Assembly: GCA_946965045.2 (NCBI GenBank)
Contig: OX337242.1
Location: 2,294,001-2,358,000, forward strand
Reading direction: 5' to 3'
Origin: Epithemia pelagica
Taxonomy: Eukaryota > Protista > Bacillariophyta
DNA: 64,000 nt
Every line of letters begins with the position of its first letter. Position 1 is the stretch's first letter. Below, piece by piece: positions 23,535 through 34,068 of the stretch. A model generated the notes under the pieces. The model saw only the letters and a list, made by a program, of their open reading frames with translations. It searched no databases and was not told the DNA's origin. Both the position numbers and the translations under genes were made by a program.

Positions 23535-24533
23535 CTAGGATGGATCTGTGTAGTCAACGGAGAAGAGTTTCTCTCCATTGTTGATTGCAAGTTGTGAGAC
23601 GATGAGGATGACACGGAAAGCACGGCCATGGGACGCAATGTCATGCCGCCATGTTTGACGCAGACAACCCCAGTCCTTGAAGCGCTTGTTGATGGTTTCT
23701 TGGCGGCTTCGGACTCGTTGTTGCATTTTTAGATTGTCTGCTGGATTGCTGAATCCAGCTGGGCACTTGACAAACTCAGGATGTTCGCCACGGTAGCCAT
23801 CATCAGCCTCGACCCTCTCATTGGGGTCGAGGTGTGACAGAAGACAGTCACGGAAAATTGTGATGTCGTTGTGGCTGCCAGCAACGTAGGGCCCATTCAA
23901 CCACACGACATCCCCTGTCAAAATACACAGCCCAATTTCATATCTGAGGGCACTTTTCTTGAATTTGTGGCTGTAGAACTTGCGTCCGTTCTCAGCCACC
24001 CGAAAGTCTGTCCCATCAACACTAATGAGGCAGTCATTCCCTTTGTCTAGCTTATAGCGGTTTTCCCACACTATCTGTAAAGCATTCTTGGAATGTTAGA
24101 CAATGAAACAAAAACAAACAAAAACGACTGTAGGGAGACTTACCACTTGACTTTCAAGGCGGACAATGGCATCAATGAAGAGCCATGTCCATTTCGAGAA
24201 CGTGTTCCTGTTGACACCACCAGCCAGAGTGCACAATACTCGTTCCTTTGCATACACCCGAAGGAACATGAGTGTCCAAAGAAGATGGGACATTGTTCCT
24301 GACACAGGCACCAAGTCGGACTCCACAAGAGCGCACCACAAATTCAAGCAAACAAGAATGCCACACCCAAAATACTGCCGAAACATCCGCTCCTCACTTT
24401 GGACGGTCCCCTTTTTACGGTGGAACAAAAGGGAATCGTTGCTCCAGATCAACCGGGCATGGTACAAAAAGTCTTCAGGGTTTGGGGCAGACCAGCGTTG
24501 CCGCTTGTTCCCCTCGGCATTCGAAGGAGCCAT
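23535..24533 (-). CDS. Harbinger-type DDE transposase (DDE_Tnp_4-like), 309 aa, 2 exons
   Basis: Exons 24533-24144 and 24074-23535 with a 69-bp GT-AG phase-0 intron. Motifs ISVDGTDF, YSHKFKKSALRYEIG, WLNGPY.AG..NDITIF, EADDGYRG, RSRQETINKRFK. Confidence 0.9.
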
Positions 24534-24900
24534 GATGGACAGTTTTTGTGAGAAATCTTGAGGACGAGACACGACTTTTAGGTAGAAATCGTACGATTCA
24601 CGCGAGCATCGATTTCTCCTTTCTACTTCTACTAGGGACTACAACTGTGGATTAGGGACCGTTCCCCACCGAAAAATTTGAACGGATCCATGTTGATTTC
24701 GTTGATAGTGTTACATAGGCAGATGACTATTCATTCGTGACCAATATAAGACCACTCTCTAGACCTGTCATATTGACTTAGCACGTACATGTCCATTACA
24801 GATTAGACAAACAACCGATTAAGCGTAAGAAAGCGGGCCGGTCAGTTGGATGGCACGTGTCCATAATTAATTTTGGTCCTGATGTCAGAAATCTGGTCCC

Positions 24901-25105
24901 GATCTCGGAATTCGGGTCGATCTCGGAATTCGGGCCAGATCTCGGAATTCGGGTCGATCTCGGAATTCGGGCCAGATCTCGGAATTCGGGTTTTTACTCT
25001 GAAATAAAGTATACTTTGGTCGGAAATCGGGTCGATCTCGGAATTCGGGCCAGATCTCGGAATTCGGGTCGATCTCGGAATTCGGGCCAGATCTCGGAAT
25101 TTGGG
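24901..25105. repeat. Minisatellite of alternating 18- and 19-bp units (GATCTCGGAATTCGGGTC / GATCTCGGAATTCGGGCCA)
   Basis: Five units at 24901-24990, an AT-rich gap of about 30 bp, one degenerate unit, then four units to 25105; lies between the two divergent transposon genes. Confidence 0.95.
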
Positions 25106-25300
25106 CTTTCCGTTGAACGGACCAATTATGTTTTTTCAGTTACCGCGCCTGCTTGCAATGCCGTGTGACTGCGAGAGGGAAAGTCAACTCGTTTCTGATT
25201 GCAAGCATGCCAGTCACACAAACACAACGGAGTGCTCAGAAGAAGAACTTCACGTCGAAGTCTCGCAATCTCTTGCCATCATAAATTTTGTCTCAATGAA

Positions 25301-26534
25301 ATGAAAGTGGTGCTACCGACCGACAGAGTACCTGCTTGGAGTAAGAAAGACGACGCCAAGCTCGCTGAACTCTTTCGCAAGGGTCCAAGCCACGGTGGAA
25401 TTTCAAGCAACGACACGTCCGTTAACACTGCGAAGAAAGTCCTTCTCACTCACTTTCCCGAGCGCTGCAAGCCCGACGTCCACAAGGCATACAAGAATTT
25501 TGGCCCTCTCTTTCGCGAAAAAGCCAGAGCCTGGAATATTAACCAGACTTTGACAGGGGCACGGAAAGCCCGAGCTGGTAAACGACGTAAGTGCAAGTGT
25601 CCATTGTTGAAAGTTGCTTCATGATTCTAACTACTTTCTTTCTTTTGTTATAGAATCAGCTGTTGCTGCTGAAGAGCAAAATCGCCTAGAGGTTAACAAC
25701 CTTGTCGAGGACGAAGCCGAGGAAGTTGAAGACGGAGACTACAGTGGGGCTGAGGAGGAGGAGGACATCTCCATTGATCTTGAAGAGGCGTCAGTTGAAT
25801 CTGGTGCAGCAGAAGAAGAGGTAGAAGACAACAACAGCGAAATCAACAGCTTCAGCATGGAGGAGGCGGTTCAAGCGTTCAAAAAGATGGGCCTCACCCC
25901 GGCCAAGACACCTAAGAAGGGTGGTGGTGGTGCTGCTTTCAAGGAACTGGTAGTAGCGGCTTCATATCCCTACTGTGCATCTAAGTTTGAGAGTTCTAAT
26001 ACTCTGTTCTGTTCTGTGGACATGTGTGTCCCAGGAGGGTCCACGAAGACCTACACTCCGGGGCTGGTGGATGATGGCATGGCAGTCCAGGTCGATTCTG
26101 TTGTGCCAAGCTATTTCTTCCAGAAAGGTCGACTGTTGGCGGCGCATCCTGATCTTGGGCAAGAGGACCATAGGGTCACAGAGTTCAAGCAACTCTGTGA
26201 CCGGGCCAAACAGGAACATGCAACGTATGAGGGTGGCAAACCAAAGTTTGTAGCGAAGCAGAAAATCAAGTTACCTTTCAAGTGTGTGAAGGAAGATATG
26301 CAATACGAACTACAAGCCTTCACTTCGAAGGACAAAGACTTCACCAAGGAGCACAGGGGTGCTGCCAAGATGTTTGTTTTCTCGATACTCCTCAAGGCCG
26401 CCAAGCAACCGGAACGAAAGCGTGCAAACCAAGGCACTGCACGGACCATCGCCCCTTACAATGATTCTGATGACTCCAATGTCCAAGATGTGGATGAGGA
26501 TGAGATGAGTCATGATGGTGACTACCAGAACTGA
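25301..26534 (+). CDS. Second transposon gene, putative Myb/SANT-like DNA-binding partner (about 388 aa)
   Basis: Exons about 25301-25586 and 25654-26534 (GTAAGT...TAG, phase 1; an alternative donor at 25578 has the same phase). N-terminal WSKKDDAKLAELF resembles Myb/SANT helix 1, followed by an acidic tract. PIF/Harbinger elements are known to carry such a second gene. Confidence 0.7.
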
Positions 26535-27283
26535 ATTTTGACCTACGAGAATGTCGCCTCCCCTAAATCTTGGTGGAATGATGTTTGGACTAACGACCTA
26601 GCCTTTTGGGACATTGACGAGACCTAGGACGAGAAAGGCTAGCTTACGTAGATAATCGATTAGTAGTGCAATCCGAGACGGAACAAGCTTTTAAGGCAAT
26701 TTCATTGATCAATCGTCGCGTGCAACTTCCAACCACCACGCAACAGCAGATTGTTAATTTTGAACTCGTCTCGCAAGGAGATCACGGGGGGACTGTCTGC
26801 GATCAAGCCGTCCTGGTCTTTGTTTGGAATCAATCCACTCAAACGGCCGTCTTGATTCGAGAATACATGCCTTCGGTCCATGCCTTTCAATTGGGTTTGG
26901 TGGCCGGCATGGTGGAACAAAAGCATGGTGTAGCTCCTAGTACCAACGACCCGGAAGCCGCCGCCGCCGTGGCTGCCCGAGACGAATTGGAAGAAGAAGC
27001 TCGTTTGGTGGGTGTCACGTGGATTGGTTTGTGTGCACCGACTGTGGTGGACAAGTACATGACCACACGTGTTACAGCCTACCTTGTGTTGAATCCGGAA
27101 CCCGTGGCCAATCTAGACGAGGCCAAACCACGCGATGCGACCGAAGAGGGAGGCATGTTGCACGTGGTGCCCAATGTCACCGTGTCCCAATTGAAGCGGG
27201 GGTTGGTCCAAGGACACTTTACCAGTTTGGCCGGATGGGCCATTCAATTGGCCTTGTCCAAACTGCAGGAACTGGGACTCGTC

Positions 27284-28066
27284 TGTTACAATTCTTTCTG
27301 AATCGTAGGGACATTGATGCTCGGTAGAGCAGACAATCAGGTAGGTCACCAACCGATACAAGCTTCTCAGGGTCAGAGAAGCAAGCAAGTCGAAGTCTAT
27401 CAGAAGGATAGTCGGGACACAAAAGAGGATGTGATAAATGGTGATATTGTTAGATTGTGTGTTGATTACTACGATAGGTCTACGTGAAATGTTCGGTCCT
27501 GCCAAGGGTCATGTATCATAGGTTCTTGGCGGCAACAGGTTTGGAATAGTTGGAGTTGATTCATGTGATGTATATGACATGTATATGTGGGCGGATAACA
27601 TATACAGGGTCAACAGCTCTTGCTTTGGGTTGGCATAGTTGTTTTCATGGCGCGCAGCTTGTTGACAATTTGGAGATTGTGGGAATGGAAATATGGTCTC
27701 GCGTGATCGTGTGTCGTGCTTGGGATACTTAGACCGTTGGATCGGATAGATGCCGATAGCGCTCGGATGTCGCTTGGGCGCGCTCGATGATTTCGGGCGC
27801 GTACGCTTAGGGCGTTAGTACAGTGTCCGAGCAACGGCCAAATTTACGTCCGTTGTAATACCGCACGACCCAATTTAGTCTTGAGAGTGAGTTCGTCAAT
27901 CTATTCTCACTTTTCATGATTTGCGAAGAAATATAGGTCGATATAGCGCGAAGCTAGGAAACATAGCTCGAAGCTAGAGGGCATGATGCGATAGCACGAG
28001 GCTATGTGACATGGGGAATCGATGAGATGTAGAATCTAACCACCATAGACGGTGAGAATTCTAACA
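27284..28066 (-). repeat. 3' LTR (783 bp)
   Basis: Direct repeat of 34885-35667 (offset 7601); no differences seen on manual reading. Confidence 0.97.
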
Positions 28067-31000
28067 CTCCCCACAACTCGTCGTTTCAGCCTTGTCATCA
28101 TTGGATTTGTTGAGGTCTTGAACTTCTCCTTTCCAAAACAACAATGGCTTGAGCATGGGCCAGATAGATACGAAATCCCAATGTTTGCTAAGGATATCGG
28201 CGGGGTTGGTCTTTCCATCTTTCCAGTAGAATGCAACATACTTTGCTGCGATGGCTTCACGAACTCGGTGGTATGACAGAAGATGGTGTCTCTTGGATAG
28301 TATGGAATGAGGAACGGTTGCATTGAGCACAACAGATCTGTTATCTCCGTACATGTAACTTCGCTCTCGGATAGGTACTCCAAGGTAGCGGAGAGAATGT
28401 CGTAATTCTGTAATCTGATCTATTGCTGTCCTTGCAGCCACGAACTCGGATCCATAGGTAGCAGTTTCCACTGTGCTCTGTCTCTTGCTGTACCAGTCAA
28501 TAGGTGTTCCGTTCAACAAATGTAGAACAGCAGTGACGGATTTACCAGTGACTATGTCATGCATGAGATTGGCATCAACATAATGAGTTGTAGTAACATA
28601 GCGGCCAAGAGGTGTTGGGCAGTCTTCAGGAATACGTTCACTTGCATTCGAATAGACAGTGCGAGTCCAATCAAATTCTTGGGTAGGAAGACTTGAATAA
28701 TCAGGCTCTCCAATCCTAAATCTGATTGCGCCTTCTGGGAGATGTGCAAGGTATCCATAGATACGCTTGGCTCTATCAAGATGTCCTTTCCTCGGAGCAG
28801 CACGAAAGCGTGATAGCGTCATTGTAGCGGTGAAGACGTCGAAACGACCAATAGTGATCACCCATTGAAGTTGTCCAATCAGAGTTTGGAAATGGTTAGT
28901 ACCTTCTTCATCAAGGAGCTCAGAATCGTCCAATTCAGGATGGTCTCCACCAATAAGAGGTGTTTTGGCTTTCTTGGGTTTCTCCTTGAAGATTCGTTCG
29001 AAAGTGTCCATCATCTTACCAATGTAGCGTCTTGGATCTGCTACTAATGTTCCATCAGAATCCTTGGTGTAACAACATCCCAAGTGGAAATCAATAGGTC
29101 CATCTCCTTTGAGTTTGAAGTTGTATTTCTCCTTCAGGATCTTGCAGATATTCCCAGGATCAGTAGAAATAATGGCTAAGTCATCAACGTATACGGCAAT
29201 GTATTCGTAACAGTCTTCTCCAGGTGCCTTCCTCATCCAGATATCCGGATCTGCTTTGCTTGGTGAAAATCCCATGTCTGTCAAAACATCGAATAAGACA
29301 TCATGCCAGCGTGCGCCTGATGACTTCAATCCATAAAGTGCCTTGTATATAATCAGGATATGACCTTCTAATTCCTTGAATTCAGGTCCTGCGACAATGA
29401 AAAGTTTCTCCCCTGTCAAGGCTTCCAGATATGCGTTTCCAATATCTGCTCCCCATATTTCCAAGTCATTCAAAGTACCCAGGAATAAGGCAATGCGGAG
29501 GTTGCGAATGGAAACAACACCTGAATAGATTGTCTCAACAGGTTCTTTTGTTAGATGTCCATCTGCGACAAGTCTTGCTTTATGTCGTCCATCATGTTTT
29601 ACGTCAAAGACAAGATGTACACGTATCTTATGATATCCTTCAGGTGCATTGGATACTTTCCCTTTAATGAAGATGGCTTTCCCAAAATCCTTGAATGTCT
29701 TGTAGGACTGGATCTGTGACAATTCTAATTCTGTTGCATCTTGCCACTTTGTGTTGCCATGTTGTTTATCAAGAGTGACAGCTTCCTCATAATTACGTGG
29801 TACTTGGAATCCAAACTTATACTTGACGGAATGGTGAACTTGTTTAATCCTTGACTGTTTGGCTGCTCGAATGAGACGTTTGCTTGTTTTGACATAACGT
29901 TTCAAATGCTTCCATCCAGGTTCGTTGAGTAAATCATGTTTCTTTCCATAAATTGCTACAGTGATCGGATCATCATTGGCGATGAGTGATAAAGGTTCAT
30001 AGGTAGTCTCCCCAGTTTCCCAATCAACAAGCAAATTATATTTGCTCCCCTTGTAATCTGGATCAGTTGTGTTCAGTGGGCCTTGATGGGCAATGACGTC
30101 CCTGAACCTGAAAAGATTATCTCCAGAGGTTTGAGCTTGGTTATCTCGTTCGATATACTCCATGAGTTGATTATAGGATATCATCTCATCAACATCAGAA
30201 TTTGTCTTTCGGTAGATATACTTGACACGTTCTTCCTGTTTCGTTGCTTCTTCATTAAGATCAATGACTCGTTTGATGACACGTGCACGGTGTCGCTCCC
30301 CATTTTCTTCTGTGTCGCATAGGAATGTGCGTCCTATCATGTCGTCAAAATCGATCGTGGGCATTGGTTTGGATGGATCTTCACTATCGCTGCGAATGAA
30401 GACAGTGTCAGCTTGCTTATCATTGTCATCCTTGTCAGACGAATCCTCCCCTGAAGGTCGATCCACACGTAGGTTAGGTGTAGTGGATTCAACACGGCGA
30501 ACGGCAGAACGGTAGATGATCTGGTGATCCTGGGTGAGAATCTTCCAAGTAAAAGAATCACCAACGTTGTGAGCAAAACCAACCCAGTGGCCAAGTTTCT
30601 CATCAGAAGAAGATGGATATGAACCGGAATTGGGTTCAGCGGGGTCGACACGATAGTAAACCTCATCCCAGAAAGGAAAGAACAAGAGATGAGTAATGTC
30701 GGGTGGGCGTCCGGAGAGAGCCTCAAGAGGAGTGCGACCGGAGTGGGTGGGTGATGACGTATGGTTCAATAAGTCACAGACATACTCAAGGCAAAGAAGC
30801 CAGGTGTTGGCAGGGCAACCAGTGGCATTCATGAGAGCGTTGGTCATACGTTTAACGGTCTGGTAACGGTTTTCAGCCTTATTCTGGTGTTGATGATAAG
30901 GTTCGGATCGATACTCCCCAATAAGCAAAGTGCGAAGAATGTCTTTAACCTTTTGAGAGATGAGAGATGAACCACCATCACTGATAAGAGTCTCCATGGC

Positions 31001-33748
31001 ACCACGAAACCGGATGTTGTCCTGAAGAGTATTGACAAACTGTTTGGTTGACTTGATCCCATAGATATCAGTAACCAGAGTATCTCGACCAACAAAGATT
31101 TGTGCGACTTTACCGCCATGGTCAACAGCAGGGGTGTCGGAGAAAACCGAGTCAGTAGCAACGGGTTCATGGCGTCGAGGTATATTAAGGACCGGATTGC
31201 GAGCCTTGAAATGTTTCTTGAGGGTGTCGTGGTCAAAAGTAATGCTACCATTACGTGTAGTGTGCTTGAACGTATCGGCAATAACATCTTCAGATTGCCA
31301 ACCAAAGAATGGACGGAACTTCTTCCAGTCATACGCTTCCTGGTAACGACGGTGGACAGAGGCATGAAGTGTAGGATTATTACCTTCTGCGTCAGCATAG
31401 ATAGAAAAGAAGGGTGCGTCGTCAGGTCCATGATCGTATGGGAGATCCAAAAGGAGATTGAGGTTACAAACAACACGATCAGTGTACTCCCCATAGTTGT
31501 CATATGGATGGTTCGACATACTACCATCAGTCTTGACGTGTTTCCAATCAGGATCATTGTCAGAGGGTGTGGGAGAATACGAATGGTCCAGAACACCAGG
31601 ATCCCATGTGTCGGGTGACGTGAAGATGATCTGAGGTAAGGTATCCATGTCATCGTCGCTGGGGATACCCAAGGAGTGGATGTAGGCTAACCCATCCTTG
31701 ATGTGAAGGGGTATGGCACGACCATCAAGTGTAGTGATGCGTTGTTTACCATCAACTTTAACAGATCGTTCATCAACAGCAAGTCCGAAATGCTCGAATT
31801 GACCAGGAGCATGGATAGATAAGCCCTTTCCATAATAAGCATATTCATTGAAGATGCCGACAATAGGTCCATCATTGGTCTCAAACTTTGCGGCACATGT
31901 GACGACAGGAAGTCCAGTAAGTTCATGGTTATCAATACCCACAATAGTGATATGGCGGCCAGTCTTAGAAAGGATGCGCATGTCAGAACCAGCAAGTCCT
32001 CCATTAGCACCACGGTCAATCAATTGATTCCCTGGTAAAGTAGATTTCCTGGAAAACAGATAGCGTGGAACATGTCCTGCTTGTTTATGCATGTTGGCTT
32101 TGAAAGTAACCTTCTTGCTCGTCTTGGACTTGGCGTTAGAAAGAACACTAGTCAGGTCAGTTGCCGGGTGATTGATATCAGTCGTCATGGCTTGGTTGAT
32201 AAATTGTGTAACCGGATCTGAATCATCTGAATGCTCAGTGACTACGCCAGGTGAGTCGTCATCAGATACAACTTGGTTGGGATCAGGATCAGGTTCCGGA
32301 TCAATGTCGAGGGCATGTGTTTGCACTGTCCTCGGTGTTGTTGATGAAGGTGCTTGAATCATCTTGTTATATTCAATGATCAACTTGCGATCTTCTTCAG
32401 AAAGTTTGAACCATAGGTCACGCGGTAGACTAACCTTGGACGAAGAGGATGGAGATTCAGATGTCGCTTTGGTGTTGTGGACATGATACTCCATATCATC
32501 TTGTGAAGTTATGTCAGCATCTGTATCTTGGCCATATAGTGATTCATGTTGTTTGACATGTCGACGGCGACTATGAACAGATGACTGGGTTGCTTGATCA
32601 TGGTCATAAGCTGCGTCTAGAAGGAGACGGAAGTATGATTGATAGCAAAGGGATTTTGCACCGGATTTGGTGTTCACCACATTATCCAAGATCTTGACTC
32701 GGCGGAGATCAGGTACCTTTTCTACAGCTTGCATGAGGAAGGTCATCCTGGTATGATCAGGGATGCGATCAGACAATGTCACTAAATTGTCTAGCAAACG
32801 TAGCTGCTCTTGAAAGTGTAGAAGAAATTGACGTGTTGTTCCGCGCCATGTGTCGTCAAGACGTAGATTGGAAATGTAGTTGGTTAAGCGGAGGACTTCT
32901 CGCTTTGCTAGGTCGGATTCGGTATGCAAAGAGTGTAACTTCTGCAATACGGCACGCGCATCTTCATCATGTTCATGTTCACGTACATAGGCTCGACCTT
33001 GGTCAGTCTGAATGATACGGACAAGAACGGAGTAAAGAAATACTTGTTGCTCTTGAAAAAGTTCTTCGGCATACTCATCATCATGGGGTGGTGTGTATTT
33101 GAAATTCAGAACGTTGGATAGGCCTTGAGCCTTAGCTGTAGTCTTGAATACACGCCAGAATGAATCGTAGTATCGTTCATCCTTGAATACCTCATATGCA
33201 GTTGCGTCGCGCTTAGTTCCCTTTCTGAATGCTGTAAGGTCTTGTTGAGATTGGGATGCGGCAGTAACTGTGCTGACAGATTTCACAGATGACGGTGACT
33301 TCATTGGCGAGACTGGGACTTGGCTAGGTGGTCCCTTAGAGAAATCTGTGTTGATCCTCCAAGTGTTGAACTCTTTCCTCGTTAGGTTCATCCAGTCGCT
33401 ATTGGATAGCTCGTCTTGAATTTCATTGGTCTTGTATGTGGCCCAATAAGCCAAGAGCTTGATCTGCTGTCTTGTGGGGCCTTGTAGATCATGTGTCTGT
33501 TTGTTGACCTTGTATTGTGTCAGTTCCTTCATGGATTCCTCGGTATTAGTTTGCATATACGAGATAACATGGGTAATGTTCTCAAAACCATGGTATTTCA
33601 TCCACTTCATTAAGTAGTCAGCCCTTTCTTTGGTAAAAAATTGGCAGACAGTAAATATGATGTGGTCGAATAGGTCTGTGTCCGAGACATTGTCTTGGTT
33701 ATCTTCTCCCTTAGGAGTCGTAGGTGTCTTGGGTGATTGAGGATCCAT
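28061..33748 (-). CDS. Gag-Pol polyprotein (1,895 aa)
   Basis: Protease LIDRGANGG; integrase TDSVFSD...ISDGG...SEPYHQHQNKAENR; RT KARLVADG...YIAVYVDDLAII; RNase H YVDANLMHD...WYSKRQSTVETATYGSEF. The stop codon TAG lies in the first 6 nt of the 3' LTR. Confidence 0.97.
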   Translation of the reverse strand: MDPQSPKTPTTPKGEDNQDNVSDTDLFDHIIFTVCQFFTKERADYLMKWMKYHGFENITHVISYMQTNTEESMKELTQYKVNKQTHDLQGPTRQQIKLLAYWATYKTNEIQDELSNSDWMNLTRKEFNTWRINTDFSKGPPSQVPVSPMKSPSSVKSVSTVTAASQSQQDLTAFRKGTKRDATAYEVFKDERYYDSFWRVFKTTAKAQGLSNVLNFKYTPPHDDEYAEELFQEQQVFLYSVLVRIIQTDQGRAYVREHEHDEDARAVLQKLHSLHTESDLAKREVLRLTNYISNLRLDDTWRGTTRQFLLHFQEQLRLLDNLVTLSDRIPDHTRMTFLMQAVEKVPDLRRVKILDNVVNTKSGAKSLCYQSYFRLLLDAAYDHDQATQSSVHSRRRHVKQHESLYGQDTDADITSQDDMEYHVHNTKATSESPSSSSKVSLPRDLWFKLSEEDRKLIIEYNKMIQAPSSTTPRTVQTHALDIDPEPDPDPNQVVSDDDSPGVVTEHSDDSDPVTQFINQAMTTDINHPATDLTSVLSNAKSKTSKKVTFKANMHKQAGHVPRYLFSRKSTLPGNQLIDRGANGGLAGSDMRILSKTGRHITIVGIDNHELTGLPVVTCAAKFETNDGPIVGIFNEYAYYGKGLSIHAPGQFEHFGLAVDERSVKVDGKQRITTLDGRAIPLHIKDGLAYIHSLGIPSDDDMDTLPQIIFTSPDTWDPGVLDHSYSPTPSDNDPDWKHVKTDGSMSNHPYDNYGEYTDRVVCNLNLLLDLPYDHGPDDAPFFSIYADAEGNNPTLHASVHRRYQEAYDWKKFRPFFGWQSEDVIADTFKHTTRNGSITFDHDTLKKHFKARNPVLNIPRRHEPVATDSVFSDTPAVDHGGKVAQIFVGRDTLVTDIYGIKSTKQFVNTLQDNIRFRGAMETLISDGGSSLISQKVKDILRTLLIGEYRSEPYHQHQNKAENRYQTVKRMTNALMNATGCPANTWLLCLEYVCDLLNHTSSPTHSGRTPLEALSGRPPDITHLLFFPFWDEVYYRVDPAEPNSGSYPSSSDEKLGHWVGFAHNVGDSFTWKILTQDHQIIYRSAVRRVESTTPNLRVDRPSGEDSSDKDDNDKQADTVFIRSDSEDPSKPMPTIDFDDMIGRTFLCDTEENGERHRARVIKRVIDLNEEATKQEERVKYIYRKTNSDVDEMISYNQLMEYIERDNQAQTSGDNLFRFRDVIAHQGPLNTTDPDYKGSKYNLLVDWETGETTYEPLSLIANDDPITVAIYGKKHDLLNEPGWKHLKRYVKTSKRLIRAAKQSRIKQVHHSVKYKFGFQVPRNYEEAVTLDKQHGNTKWQDATELELSQIQSYKTFKDFGKAIFIKGKVSNAPEGYHKIRVHLVFDVKHDGRHKARLVADGHLTKEPVETIYSGVVSIRNLRIALFLGTLNDLEIWGADIGNAYLEALTGEKLFIVAGPEFKELEGHILIIYKALYGLKSSGARWHDVLFDVLTDMGFSPSKADPDIWMRKAPGEDCYEYIAVYVDDLAIISTDPGNICKILKEKYNFKLKGDGPIDFHLGCCYTKDSDGTLVADPRRYIGKMMDTFERIFKEKPKKAKTPLIGGDHPELDDSELLDEEGTNHFQTLIGQLQWVITIGRFDVFTATMTLSRFRAAPRKGHLDRAKRIYGYLAHLPEGAIRFRIGEPDYSSLPTQEFDWTRTVYSNASERIPEDCPTPLGRYVTTTHYVDANLMHDIVTGKSVTAVLHLLNGTPIDWYSKRQSTVETATYGSEFVAARTAIDQITELRHSLRYLGVPIRERSYMYGDNRSVVLNATVPHSILSKRHHLLSYHRVREAIAAKYVAFYWKDGKTNPADILSKHWDFVSIWPMLKPLLFWKGEVQDLNKSNDDKAETTSCGEC
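28067..28072 (-). promoter_or_regulatory. Polypurine tract (GGGGAG) abutting the 3' LTR
   Basis: Minus strand reads GTTGTGGGGAG|TGTTAG. Confidence 0.8.
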
Positions 33749-34068
33749 GGTGTTATTTGGTTGGTTCGATGTTTATTTAATGTGCGGTGTGATGTGGTTT
33801 ATTTAATGTGTGATGTGATGTGAACCCGGATGTACCACGTGTGCCACGTATGTACCACGTATGTAATACCCGGATGTGTGTTGTGATGTGCGACTCCTGG
33901 AAATTTCCGTTGATTTCGACAAATTTTCGCCGAGTTTCAACAAATTTTCGCCGAATTTTCGCGATTTGACGGGAATGTGTGGCGTGTTGTGCGACCAAGG
34001 GTACCCGGATGTGCGTTGAGTTTAAGTCTTGGAAAGGTTTTGAGAGGACGGGAGTTAACTATGAGTAA

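Larger units (their letters stand above)
23304..26703. mobile_element. PIF/Harbinger-like (PHIS) DNA transposon, 3,400 bp, two divergent genes
   Basis: 32-bp TIRs GAAATTGCCTTAAAAGCT(G/T)GTTCCGTCTCGGA (23304-23335, 26672-26703; 1 mismatch). 3-bp TSD ATT (23301-23303, 26704-26706) confirmed against the empty site in the other four units. Confidence 0.95.

Noticed and set aside
24901-25105. CRISPR-like array
   Set aside because: Repeats are directly adjacent with no unique spacers, the context is eukaryotic and there are no cas genes; it is a minisatellite.
26666-27301. 211-aa chimeric ORF from the transposon end through Nudix into the LTR
   Set aside because: It starts at GTG inside the transposon terminus and ends in the LTR; a by-product of the two insertions with no evidence of expression.
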